Below, one piece after another: positions 19,642 to 29,098 of a stretch of 64,000 bases of DNA. The position numbers and the translations under genes were made by a program. Each line of letters begins with the position of its first letter. Position 1 is the stretch's first letter. The notes beneath the pieces are model-generated. The model was given only the letters and a program-made list of their open reading frames with translations, was not told the origin of the DNA and made no database searches. The stretch spans positions 174,220 through 238,219 of IMG/VR virus record IMGVR_UViG_3300021962_000021. One strand, 5' to 3'.

Positions 19642-20034
19642 TTGGGTATTATAACTACTTTGAGTAGTATAATCATAGGTAAGGTTATATTTTATTATCT
19701 TTATGATTTGACAAAAAAGGGAATAAATTATTTCTCTGGAAAGAAAAATTATAAAGAAGCGGTTAAGAAAATTTTAGATTCAATGTCAAACAACAAAAGT
19801 TTGATATCAGATATATCTAAAATGATAGAAATGAACGGTGAGATTGATAATACAACTGCTAATAAAATTATAAATTTACCATATGTTAGAACACAAATAA
19901 TAAAAATGAGTGATTCTACAAATGGTGAATTAACCGAAACCGAATTAGAAAACGAATTAAAAACAATTCTAATTAAATCGTGGAGTGATTTGGGAAACAA
20001 AGCAGTAGATAAAATAAAAAAAGATTTGAAATAA
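19642..20034 (+). CDS. Hypothetical protein, probably a -1 frameshift extension of 19322..19627
   Basis: TTG start only; the frame is open back through the A-run (K V N E N L A L G I I); hydrophobic N-terminal segment. Confidence 0.55.
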   Translation: MGIITTLSSIIIGKVIFYYLYDLTKKGINYFSGKKNYKEAVKKILDSMSNNKSLISDISKMIEMNGEIDNTTANKIINLPYVRTQIIKMSDSTNGELTETELENELKTILIKSWSDLGNKAVDKIKKDLK

Positions 20035-20625
20035 ATGAATAAGGGATTATTAATAGAAACACACTTATTTGAAGCAAAAATTGTTCAAGAAGAAAATGGA
20101 ACTTATTTAGTTCAAGGTATTCTTCAAAGAGCTGGTGCACCAAATCAAAACCACAGAAGATATCCAAAAGAAATCTTAATGAGAGAGTGTCAAAAATATG
20201 AACAACTCATTAAAGAAAGAAGAGCATTGGGTGAGTTAGACCATCCGGATTCTCCTGTAATCAACCTTAAAAATGTATCACATAACATCAGAGAAATTTG
20301 GTGGGATGGTGATGATGTGATGGGTAAAGTGGAAATTCTTTCAACTCCTTCTGGTAATATTTTAAGAGAATTATTAAAAAACAATATTCGTTTGGGTATA
20401 TCTTCAAGAGGTTTAGGTTCTGTTAAAGAATTGAAAGATGGAACTGTAATGGTTCAGGAAGACTTTGAATTAGTTGGTTGGGATTTTGTTTCTAACCCAT
20501 CTACACATGGAGCATTTATGGCACCAATCAATGAATCCAAACAATGGAAACAAATGGCAGAAGAATGTGGTAAGTGGTGTAAAGCACAAGATTTAATGAG
20601 AGAAATTATAATTGAATTAAATTAA
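20035..20625 (+). CDS. gp21: Prohead core protease (T4 gp21-like)
   Basis: NHRRYP, ALGELDHP, VSHNI, GISSRGLGS, DFVSNPS motifs. Confidence 0.95.
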   Translation: MNKGLLIETHLFEAKIVQEENGTYLVQGILQRAGAPNQNHRRYPKEILMRECQKYEQLIKERRALGELDHPDSPVINLKNVSHNIREIWWDGDDVMGKVEILSTPSGNILRELLKNNIRLGISSRGLGSVKELKDGTVMVQEDFELVGWDFVSNPSTHGAFMAPINESKQWKQMAEECGKWCKAQDLMREIIIELN

Positions 20626-20626
20626 T

Positions 20627-20878
20627 ATGGCAAAGTTAGTAAATTTAATACCTGGTAGAGAAGTAGTAAAAGAAGAATTAGATGATATGGATGTATCACT
20701 ACCGGCTTCTGCAGAAAGATTTTTAGATAGAGCAATTAAAGCATTAAAAGGATATAATCTTAATAGAAGAAAAGAACAATATGTAATTGCAAAATTAATT
20801 GATGCATTAGATATGACACCTTCAGAATTAATGCAAGCGGTTCAAAAATTAAAAAGAAATAAAATTGTAAAGAAATAA
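20627..20878 (+). CDS. Small hypothetical head-region protein
   Basis: Tightly packed ORF; N-terminus MAKLVNLI...VVKEE. Confidence 0.6.
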   Translation: MAKLVNLIPGREVVKEELDDMDVSLPASAERFLDRAIKALKGYNLNRRKEQYVIAKLIDALDMTPSELMQAVQKLKRNKIVKK

Positions 20879-20880
20879 TT

Positions 20881-21315
20881 ATGATAAAGTTAAAAAATAT
20901 ATTAAGAGAAACAGAAGAGTTTCAACAACTTCCATCTGAAATAAAAAAACATTTTTTAGAAATTATTTCTACATTTGGACAGCATAGAGAATCTATGACT
21001 AGAAAATCAGATATCAGACAAGTTGCAGAAACATTGGGTGGTATTGCAGATGCTGCACAAGAATATACTTTGAGAGAAGGTGGTGATTGGTTTGATAGAG
21101 TGACTATTAAGAGAAATATGAACGAACTTAAAAAGTTACAAACTGCATTTGAAAAAGAAGCAGTAGAAGCAAAATCACAAGAACAAAGATTAGAAGCTCT
21201 TTACGAAGATATGGGTCATGTATTGGGTAGATATTTTGAAATTGCAGAAATCACCGAAGAACAAATGAAACAAAGATTAGGATTACAAGAAACTAAAAAA
21301 TCTAAAAAGAAATAA
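20881..21315 (+). CDS. Hypothetical coiled-coil head-region protein
   Basis: N-terminus MIKLKNILRE; DWFD.VTIKRNM...LYEDMGHVLGRYFEI. Confidence 0.65.
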   Translation: MIKLKNILRETEEFQQLPSEIKKHFLEIISTFGQHRESMTRKSDIRQVAETLGGIADAAQEYTLREGGDWFDRVTIKRNMNELKKLQTAFEKEAVEAKSQEQRLEALYEDMGHVLGRYFEIAEITEEQMKQRLGLQETKKSKKK

Positions 21316-21686
21316 TGGAACAATTAGCATCTTTATTATTACATAGTAGAACACAGGCACACGTATTTCATGTAGGACAGAGTGGTGTGGGTTCTGATGC
21401 AAGACATAGAGCATTGGGTGATTATTATGATGCAATTGGTGGAATCGTTGATGGTTTGGTTGAAGTATATCAAGGACAATATGGTTTGATTAAATTACAA
21501 CCTGTTAGTGGTTTGGATACAAATAGTGAAATGAAAAATGTAATTGCATATTTTGTTAAATTAATTGCAGCGGTAGAAAAGTTGAGAAAAGATGATAAAT
21601 TACAAATGAGTTGGTTACAAAATGATATTGATACGGTTGTATCGTTATTATATAAAACAAAATATAGATTAGAAAATCTACAATAA
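21315..21686 (+). CDS. Ferritin/Dps-like four-helix protein (DUF5856-like)
   Basis: QAHVFH...HRALGDYYD...DGLVEVYQGQYG...LQNDID...YRL. Confidence 0.7.
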   Translation: MEQLASLLLHSRTQAHVFHVGQSGVGSDARHRALGDYYDAIGGIVDGLVEVYQGQYGLIKLQPVSGLDTNSEMKNVIAYFVKLIAAVEKLRKDDKLQMSWLQNDIDTVVSLLYKTKYRLENLQ

Positions 21687-21689
21687 GTT

Positions 21690-21869
21690 ATGTTGATTGT
21701 AAGTGTAAAAGGTGGTAACATAGAAGGTGCATTAAAAGAATATAAAAAGAAAGTTCAATCCGTAAAACAAATTGAACAATTAAGAGAAAGAAAAAATTAC
21801 ACCAAACCATCTGTAAAAAATAGGTTACAAAAAGAAGAAGCTAAAAGGAAAAATAAATTATTTTTTTAA
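21690..21869 (+). CDS. rpsU: Ribosomal protein bS21 (phage-encoded), 59 aa, not in ORF track
   Basis: MLIVSVKGGNIEGALKEYKKKVQSVKQIEQLRERKNYTKPSVKNRLQKEEAKRKNKLFF: NI..ALK.YK.K, LR.R and KPS motifs; MLI start as in Bacteroidota bS21. Confidence 0.9.
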   Translation: MLIVSVKGGNIEGALKEYKKKVQSVKQIEQLRERKNYTKPSVKNRLQKEEAKRKNKLFF

Positions 21870-21891
21870 TTTTCTTTAGTTTTCTATAAAA

Positions 21892-21899
21892 TATTTATA
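21892..21899 (+). promoter_or_regulatory. Putative late promoter motif TATTTATA
   Basis: Exact motif about 160 nt upstream of the scaffold gene. Confidence 0.6.
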
Positions 21900-22058
21900 T
21901 ATATTATCAAATATCCCATTATTATATGGGATTTATTATTACGACATAGTTGGTTAATGAATACCCTTCTCTTATAAGGTGTGACCGAACAACCAACATT
22001 ATTCTATTGGAGTTTCCTTTCGAAATAACTTCACGAACAAATTTAAGGAGAAAAACAA

Positions 22059-23288
22059 ATGGCAAATTCAAAATTATTGAAAGAAGCAATTGCTGATGCT
22101 AAGGCTGTTAAAGAAACTGCTCTTGCAAACGCAAAACTCGCTCTTGAAGAAGCATTTACTCCAAGACTTCAATCTATCTTATCTCAAAAGTTAAGAGCAG
22201 AAGCTGAAGCAGAAGAGAAAGATGCAGAAAAAGTAGACGAGGAATTGGATTCTACAGGCATTGGTTCTTCTACCTCTAATCCTAAATTAGACGCGCATAC
22301 TGAATTCGAAGCGGGTTCTACTAAAACAACATCAGGTGAGCCAGGTGCTCAAGTTGATGATTACAAAAAAGTAGCAGATATCAACGAAGAAGAAGGTATG
22401 GAAATGGGTGATGATGAAGCTGAAAAGCAAAATGAAATCGCTCAATTAAAAGCTAGATTAGCAGAATTAGAAGCAGGTGATGACCAAATGGCTGATGAAG
22501 AACCAAAAATGGAAGCTGATGATGAAATGGGTTCAGATGATGAATTCAATTTTGATTCAGAAGAAGGTGATGGTGAAGAATACGATGTTACCGGTAACGA
22601 AGAAGAAGATACCGAAGATGACATGGATTTAGAAGCTATCATCAGAGAATTAGAAGCACAATTAGGTGAAGAAGAAGATTCAGAAGAAGAAATGCCTGCA
22701 GATGATTCAGCAATGGCTGAAAATTTAGCAGACGGTTCAGAAGCTGGAACTGACAAAGGTGAAGACCCTAAAGTGGTTGTAACTAACGAAGAAGAAGAAA
22801 AAGAAGATGAAAAAGATGAAAAGAATGAAGTAATCGACTTAGAAGAAATTCTTCGTGAAATGGAAGCTGATATGAAAGGTGATGAAGATGAGAAAAAAGA
22901 CGAATCTTTAAAATCTGAATTAAACGAAGCTTACAAGACTATCAAATCTTTACAAAAAACTATTAACGAAGTAAACTTATTAAACGCTAAGTTATTATTC
23001 GCTAATAAATTATTCAGAGCACACAACATGACTAACGAACAAAAAGTTAAAGTGATTGAAACTTTGGATAGAACAAAATCAGTTAGAGAAGTTAAATTGG
23101 TTTACTCTACATTAGTAGAAAACTTCAAATATTCTTCAACTAACAAAGTTGCTAAAAAAGCAATCTCAGAAGGAATCGCTTCTAAAGCAGTTAAATCAAC
23201 TGCACCAAAAGCAGCAGCTAAGCAAGTAATTGCAGAATCTGCAGATTTCGCTGATAGATTTAAAAAATTAGCAGGAATTATTAAGTAA
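22059..23288 (+). CDS. Prohead scaffolding protein (gp22-like)
   Basis: Very acidic coiled-coil protein directly before the major capsid gene; C-terminal RFKKLAGI; strong AAGGAG SD. Confidence 0.85.
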   Translation: MANSKLLKEAIADAKAVKETALANAKLALEEAFTPRLQSILSQKLRAEAEAEEKDAEKVDEELDSTGIGSSTSNPKLDAHTEFEAGSTKTTSGEPGAQVDDYKKVADINEEEGMEMGDDEAEKQNEIAQLKARLAELEAGDDQMADEEPKMEADDEMGSDDEFNFDSEEGDGEEYDVTGNEEEDTEDDMDLEAIIRELEAQLGEEEDSEEEMPADDSAMAENLADGSEAGTDKGEDPKVVVTNEEEEKEDEKDEKNEVIDLEEILREMEADMKGDEDEKKDESLKSELNEAYKTIKSLQKTINEVNLLNAKLLFANKLFRAHNMTNEQKVKVIETLDRTKSVREVKLVYSTLVENFKYSSTNKVAKKAISEGIASKAVKSTAPKAAAKQVIAESADFADRFKKLAGIIK

Positions 23289-23318
23289 TTAACAAAAAAT
23301 AATTAAAAATTAATTAAA

Positions 23319-24935
23319 ATGGATTTAAAACAAATTATGTCAGGCAAAAACCCACAAAACGTAATGCTTGAGCAAACTAGAGGTTTGAAAGCAAAGTGGG
23401 AAAAAACCGGCTTATTAGAAGGAGTAGGTTCTGAAACTTCTAAGCACGGTATGGCTGTAATGCTTGAAAACCAAGCAAAGCAATTACTTGATGAAGCTAC
23501 TAGAACTGGTACTTCAGCAGGTTCAGAAGAGTGGGCAGGTGTAGCTCTTCCATTGGTAAGAAGAATCTTCGGTAGCATCGCTGCAAAAGAATTCGTTTCT
23601 GTTCAACCAATGAACTTACCTTCAGGTCTTATTTTCTATATGGATTTCAAATACGGTACAGCTACATCGGTAGGTAGACCAGCTTCTGGTTCTTCTATGT
23701 TCGGTAACGGTGGTACATTCGGTAAAGATTCTTTATCTCCAGCAGGTAACAAATTGGGTTCTACTCAAACTACTGAAGGCGGTCTTTACGGAGCAGGTAG
23801 ATTTGGATATACAATCAACGATGTAACTTCTGACGCTTTAACAGCAACAGTAACTACAGCTTCTTGGGCTGATGTTAATTTCGATGCTGATTACTCAGCT
23901 TCAGCAGCTGCAGGTGTTATCAGAAAAGTAAAAATTGGTTTACCATCTGATGCTGATTTCAACGCAGTAAGAGCTTTCTCTTTAACTGGTTCAGTTGACC
24001 AATTACCACAATTTACTTCAATTGATTCTTTAGGTTCTGCATCTTTCTTCGTATCAGCTTCTGTAGCAACAGTAGTACATGGTGCAGGTGGATACGGTAA
24101 TCCAAAAGTAAACTATTCTAAGCAACCAACTGATATCACAAGAGGTGATTTCGAAGATAGAGGTTCTGATTTAGCGATTCCTGAAATCGAATTAGAATTG
24201 AAGTCTGAACCAATCGTTGCTAAGACTAGAAAGTTAAAAGCAATCTGGACTCCAGAATTGGCACAAGACTTAAACGCTTACCATTCAGTAGATGCTGAAG
24301 CTGAATTAACTCAAATGTTATCTGAGTATATTTCTTTGGAAATCGACTTAGAAATCTTAGAGATGTTACAGCAAAACGCATTCACAACTGATTATTGGTC
24401 AGCAAGAGTTGGATACGATTACAATGCAGCAGCAGGTGCATTCCAAATCGACTCTAACGCAGCAGCAGCTTCTGCTTACACAAAGAGCACTTGGTATCAA
24501 ACTTTAGGTATTAAATTACAAAAAGTTTCTAACAAGATTCACCAATTAACTATGAGAGGTGGTGCAAACTTCTTAGTTGTATCTCCAAACGTAGCTACAA
24601 TTTTAGAATCTATGAACGGATTCTCTGCAAACCCAGGTAAAGATGCTTTACAATTTGCAGCAGGTGTTACTAATATCGGTTCAATCTCTAACAGATATGA
24701 TGTTTACAAAAACCCATACATGACTGAGAATGTAATCTTATTAGGTTTCAAAGGTTCTAACTTCTTCGAAACAGGTGCTGTATACGCTCCATATGTTCCG
24801 TTGATTATGACTCCATTGGTTTATGACCCAACTAACTTCACTCCAAGAAGAGGTGTTATGACTAGATACGCTAAGAAAATCGTAAGACCAGAGTTCTACG
24901 GTAAGATTGTCGTTGATGGTTTAAACACTTTATAA
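23319..24935 (+). CDS. gp23: Major capsid protein (T4 gp23-like)
   Basis: MLENQ, SVQPMNLPSGLIF, AKTRKLKA.WT.ELAQDL.A.H..DAEAEL, YAPYVPL, GVMTRY. Confidence 0.97.
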   Translation: MDLKQIMSGKNPQNVMLEQTRGLKAKWEKTGLLEGVGSETSKHGMAVMLENQAKQLLDEATRTGTSAGSEEWAGVALPLVRRIFGSIAAKEFVSVQPMNLPSGLIFYMDFKYGTATSVGRPASGSSMFGNGGTFGKDSLSPAGNKLGSTQTTEGGLYGAGRFGYTINDVTSDALTATVTTASWADVNFDADYSASAAAGVIRKVKIGLPSDADFNAVRAFSLTGSVDQLPQFTSIDSLGSASFFVSASVATVVHGAGGYGNPKVNYSKQPTDITRGDFEDRGSDLAIPEIELELKSEPIVAKTRKLKAIWTPELAQDLNAYHSVDAEAELTQMLSEYISLEIDLEILEMLQQNAFTTDYWSARVGYDYNAAAGAFQIDSNAAAASAYTKSTWYQTLGIKLQKVSNKIHQLTMRGGANFLVVSPNVATILESMNGFSANPGKDALQFAAGVTNIGSISNRYDVYKNPYMTENVILLGFKGSNFFETGAVYAPYVPLIMTPLVYDPTNFTPRRGVMTRYAKKIVRPEFYGKIVVDGLNTL

Positions 24936-24976
24936 TCTTTGAGTAGATTAGATAAGTAATAAACTTAACATAAAAG

Positions 24977-25010
24977 AAAAAGGGGAAGTAGAAATACTTT
25001 CCCTTTTTTT
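24977..25010 (+). terminator. Rho-independent terminator after the major capsid gene
   Basis: Stem AAGGGGAAGTA, GAAA loop, TACTTTCCCTT, then a T-tract. Confidence 0.85.
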
Positions 25011-25044
25011 ATTTAATATGGTAAATTCTCCATATATATGTGTA

Positions 25045-25917
25045 ATGGAAAAGCAAATTATATTTAAAGCGTATGAACTATACGAACATTCTATTGATGA
25101 ATCAAATCGTAGGTCAGATTCATATGTAATGGCAAAACAACCAGATGGTGAATTTGGTTATTTTAATATAAATCAATTTGCTTTAACTGGTTCAAATGTT
25201 TTTGTTGGAAACCAAACTATTACTGGTTCATTTTTAGTAAGTGGTTCAACAACCCAAATTGGTAACAATAGTTTATTAGGTAATACATTTTTAAGTGGTA
25301 ATATTGATGTAAGTGGTTCAACAAATTTCCATAATCATACAATTACAATGACAGGTTCGATGTATACGAGTGGTTCACAAACTATCACTGGTTCATTGGA
25401 TATTAAAGGAAATGTAAATGTAGCAAGTGGCTCTGAATTTTATTTAGCAGGAAACAAATTATTTAATTACGGGCAATTTAGTGATACAACTACACAAAGT
25501 GGTTCGGCAAATACTGCATATGCAAAAAAATTAAATACAATTGATTTTTCACACAATGTTGTAATAGAAAATGGTACAAGAATTAAAGTATTAAATACCG
25601 GAATATATAATTTACAATTTTCATCTCAATTATCAAATACGGCAAACACAAACATTACATTTGATATATGGTTAGCATATACTGGAAGTAATGTTGCAAA
25701 CTCAAATACACAAGTTGATGTAAATAAATCAGCAGGACAATTGGGTCGTTCAGTTGCAGCTTGGAATTTTATGTTACCAATTCAAGCAAATGATTATTTA
25801 GAGTTAATGTGGAGTTGTAATGCAGATACAGGTCAATTGGCATCGATGGGAACTCAAACAAATCCAATAAGACCGGCAATTCCATCGGTTATTGCAACAT
25901 TAACTCAAATAGGCTAA
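25045..25917 (+). CDS. Putative virion structural or decoration protein with TGS/SGS repeats
   Basis: Likely ATG at 25045 (the track starts at 25018); repeated xTGS/xSGS beta units; C-terminal TGIYNLQFSSQL...AAWNF...DYLELMW domain. Confidence 0.6.
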   Translation: MEKQIIFKAYELYEHSIDESNRRSDSYVMAKQPDGEFGYFNINQFALTGSNVFVGNQTITGSFLVSGSTTQIGNNSLLGNTFLSGNIDVSGSTNFHNHTITMTGSMYTSGSQTITGSLDIKGNVNVASGSEFYLAGNKLFNYGQFSDTTTQSGSANTAYAKKLNTIDFSHNVVIENGTRIKVLNTGIYNLQFSSQLSNTANTNITFDIWLAYTGSNVANSNTQVDVNKSAGQLGRSVAAWNFMLPIQANDYLELMWSCNADTGQLASMGTQTNPIRPAIPSVIATLTQIG

Positions 25918-25936
25918 CATTCTTTTTTTATTTGTA

Positions 25937-25944
25937 TATTTATA
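25937..25944 (+). promoter_or_regulatory. Putative late promoter motif TATTTATA
   Basis: Exact motif before 25974. Confidence 0.6.
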
Positions 25945-25973
25945 GTAGTAAAACTCTATAAATTTAATAAATA

Positions 25974-27170
25974 ATGTCATATAACAATTATTGGTCACCA
26001 TCCGTTTCAAGTTCATTTATATCTGGTAGTTCAACTCCATTTGGAATTTATGATGGTGATGCTCAATTTAGAAGTGATGCACCAAAAACAGCAACTTGGG
26101 TAGCAAAAAGATTGGGATATCCTATTGTTAATATAGAATTGGATAATGAGCAAATTTGGGCATGTTTTGAAGAAGCAACATCGGAATATTCTGCACAAGT
26201 AAATCAATTCAATTTAAGAAATAACTTAGATATCTTAAAAGGACAACCGAAGACGGCAAGAGATAATTATTCACAAACTCTTGTTGATGGTTCTTTCTTA
26301 CCTACTGTGGTTAGAATGTCACAACAATACGGAACATTAGCAGGTGTAGGCGGAAATACTTCAATCAAAAAAGCATATATAAATTTAACATCATCCGTTC
26401 AAATATACGATTTGATGACAACCGCATTTGATGCATCCACATCACAATCGTTTTCGACATTATTTACAGGAAGTTCTACAATTGATGTAACAAAAGTATT
26501 TCATGAAGCAGTTCCTGCGATTACTCGTTTTTTTGACCCATATTCGGTTGGTGCACAAGGAACTTTAAATTTAATTTCTGAATTAGGATTTGGTAATTAT
26601 TCACCTGCAGCACAATTCTTAATGATGCCTCTTTACGAAGATGTATTGAGAATGCAGCATATTGAATTCAATGACCATATAAGAAAATCGGCACATACAT
26701 TTAATATAGTTGATAATAAATTAGAAATATTTCCTGTTCCAACACAAGATTCTCCTGGAAAAATCTATTTTGAATATATGAGTAGAGATGAGTTTGAACA
26801 TAATTCGCAAACTGTTCAAGCGGATTCACTTTCTGATTATTCGGATGTTCCATATGATTTTATTCAATATTCAAATATAAATGATGTTGGTAAGCAATGG
26901 ATTAGAAAATATACACTAGCGTTATCTAAGGAATTATTAGGAGCAATTAGAGAAAAATATAATTCAGTTCCAATTCCAGATGGTGAAGTTAGTTTAGATG
27001 GTGCAGCATTGAGGTCAGAAGCACAGGTTGAAAAAGATGCGTTAATCACACAATTGAGAGAAAACTTAGAAGAATTGAGTAGAAAGAATGTGATGGAAAA
27101 CAAAGCACATGAAGCAGACCATCAGCAAGAAATGTTAAGAAAAGTTCCATTAAAATTATATGTAGGATAA
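25974..27170 (+). CDS. Neck protein (gp13-like head-tail adaptor)
   Basis: RLGYPIVNIELDNEQI, WIRKYTLALSKELLG.IR.KY, V.LDG..L..EA. Confidence 0.8.
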   Translation: MSYNNYWSPSVSSSFISGSSTPFGIYDGDAQFRSDAPKTATWVAKRLGYPIVNIELDNEQIWACFEEATSEYSAQVNQFNLRNNLDILKGQPKTARDNYSQTLVDGSFLPTVVRMSQQYGTLAGVGGNTSIKKAYINLTSSVQIYDLMTTAFDASTSQSFSTLFTGSSTIDVTKVFHEAVPAITRFFDPYSVGAQGTLNLISELGFGNYSPAAQFLMMPLYEDVLRMQHIEFNDHIRKSAHTFNIVDNKLEIFPVPTQDSPGKIYFEYMSRDEFEHNSQTVQADSLSDYSDVPYDFIQYSNINDVGKQWIRKYTLALSKELLGAIREKYNSVPIPDGEVSLDGAALRSEAQVEKDALITQLRENLEELSRKNVMENKAHEADHQQEMLRKVPLKLYVG

Positions 27171-27171
27171 T

Positions 27172-27642
27172 ATGCCAAAATTTTTAGTAGGTAGAGATAT
27201 AGATTTTTTTAGAAATGTAGCTAGGGAATTAGTAGAAACCGTAGTTCAAAACACTTGCGTTTTATATAAAATAAATTTAAATGAAACAAAAGTAAACATA
27301 TATGGAGAAGCTATGAACAAAACTTGGCACAGAGGTATTGAATTATATTGTTTAATCAATAAAGAACCAGAAACTGTATCATACGAAGGTTTTGGTCCTG
27401 AAACAAATCAAAATATAGAATTTCGTTTTGATAGAGAACAATGTAGAGATGCAAATGCATATCCTGAAATTGGTGATGTTATTTACTTTAATGATTCTTA
27501 TTTTGAAATAGATAATACAAATGAAATTCAATTTGTGGGTGGATTACCAGGAACAGATAACGAAAGAAGAAACTGGAGTATTATTTGTTCTACATTTATG
27601 GTATCTAAATCTAATCTTAATATAGAAGAAAGAATAAATTAA
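27172..27642 (+). CDS. Neck/head-closure protein (gp14-like)
   Basis: Follows the gp13-like gene; NIYGEA, PEIGDVI, FEI motifs. Confidence 0.65.
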   Translation: MPKFLVGRDIDFFRNVARELVETVVQNTCVLYKINLNETKVNIYGEAMNKTWHRGIELYCLINKEPETVSYEGFGPETNQNIEFRFDREQCRDANAYPEIGDVIYFNDSYFEIDNTNEIQFVGGLPGTDNERRNWSIICSTFMVSKSNLNIEERIN

Positions 27643-27647
27643 AAGAA

Positions 27648-28769
27648 ATGTCAGTAAATCCATTAAGACCCGATTTTAATAGAGGCAAAGAAATAAAATC
27701 TACAAAAAGCGACCTTAAACAAAGTGTTACTCTTTTTGATATAGATTATGCCATGATGTCTTATTTAGAGGATACGGTTTTACCAACTCTAAAAGATGGA
27801 CAAGGAACTTTAGTAAAAATTCCAGTTATATATGGTAATTCGGAAAGATGGAATGGTTCTCGTAGACAAGGTGTTTATAGAGATAATAAAGGTAAAATAC
27901 AATTACCATTATTAATGATTAGAAGAACATCAATTGCAAAAGATGATACAATGCCTATGCTAAATAGACATGTTTCATATGCCGGAATTACAAAATATTC
28001 AAAAGATAACAGATATGATAGATTTACAGCATTGGGCGGTGGAGTTCAACCTAAAAAAGAAATTTATAGAATTACAATGCCAGATTATGTGGAAGTGAAC
28101 TATGATTGTATGTGTTGGACATCTTATACGGAACAATTAAACGAAGTAATTGAACATCTTAATTTTACATCAACATATTGGGGAGATAAAGATAAATTTA
28201 AATTTAGAACATCGGTTTCTGATTTTAATGTTGTAAATGAAGTTGGAGAAGGAACGGAAAGAATTAATAGAGTTGAATTTTCTTTAAATGTAAAGGCTTA
28301 TTTATTACCAGAAAAATTTGATGGTGAATTGACTACTAAAAAATCAATGTCAATTAAAAAATTAGTTGTTGCAACCGAAGTAGATTTAACTAGTGGTAAT
28401 GGTAGATTGGAAGGATTATTAACAACACCATCTCCATATTATGATAATAAAGATTTGATTGATTTTCTTTCATTAAATAATAGTAAAGCACAAAATCCAA
28501 TAGCAAATAATACAATAACATTTTCTAATATTAAATGTATAAAAACACCAGCTACATTATCATCATATGTTACGGGTGGAATTGTCATAGGAAGTGATAC
28601 ATATGATATAAAAGTTTACATAAACAGTACAAGATATTATGTGGGAACGCATTTTTCGGTTACTTTATCATCCAACGCATTAACTTTAAATTTTAATTCT
28701 ACAAACTTAGGATTTACAGTTACATCTACGGATGAAATTATTATAACAGGAAAATTTATTGATGTTTAA
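27648..28769 (+). CDS. Tail completion/sheath terminator protein (gp15-like) with C-terminal extension
   Basis: KIPVIYGNSERW, LPLLMIRRTSI, Q.NEVIE motifs; position after the neck genes. Confidence 0.65.
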   Translation: MSVNPLRPDFNRGKEIKSTKSDLKQSVTLFDIDYAMMSYLEDTVLPTLKDGQGTLVKIPVIYGNSERWNGSRRQGVYRDNKGKIQLPLLMIRRTSIAKDDTMPMLNRHVSYAGITKYSKDNRYDRFTALGGGVQPKKEIYRITMPDYVEVNYDCMCWTSYTEQLNEVIEHLNFTSTYWGDKDKFKFRTSVSDFNVVNEVGEGTERINRVEFSLNVKAYLLPEKFDGELTTKKSMSIKKLVVATEVDLTSGNGRLEGLLTTPSPYYDNKDLIDFLSLNNSKAQNPIANNTITFSNIKCIKTPATLSSYVTGGIVIGSDTYDIKVYINSTRYYVGTHFSVTLSSNALTLNFNSTNLGFTVTSTDEIIITGKFIDV

Positions 28770-29098
28770 TGAAACGAAGTTTATTAGATATTACTCAAAA
28801 ATTAAGTAGAAAACCTGGAAAAACTGTATTAACCCCATATAATTTAACAGATTCTACTTATTACATTTATGAAGCCAAAGGTTGGAGATTTGTTTCTTTA
28901 TTAAGAGAGATTGAATATAGAAGCACGCAAGATAGCGTGACAGTTTATATAAATACGCTTTCTATAAGTAATGTGGATTTTGTTATAGAACAAACGGCAT
29001 CTGGATTATTATTTAAATTTATAAAAAATAATTTTGAATATCAACTAGATGATGATGATTATATTGAAGTAAAAGGAGATATAGAAAGATATGCTTAA
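28769..29098 (+). CDS. Hypothetical structural-region protein
   Basis: Overlapping start/stop coupling; C-terminal LDDDDYIEVKG resembles the VTSTDEIIITGK end of the upstream gene. Confidence 0.55.
   Translation: MKRSLLDITQKLSRKPGKTVLTPYNLTDSTYYIYEAKGWRFVSLLREIEYRSTQDSVTVYINTLSISNVDFVIEQTASGLLFKFIKNNFEYQLDDDDYIEVKGDIERYA

Noticed and set aside
21870-22058. tRNA gene in the largest head-region gap
   Set aside because: No cloverleaf or T-loop GTTC motif was seen; no tRNA or rRNA was recognised anywhere in the window
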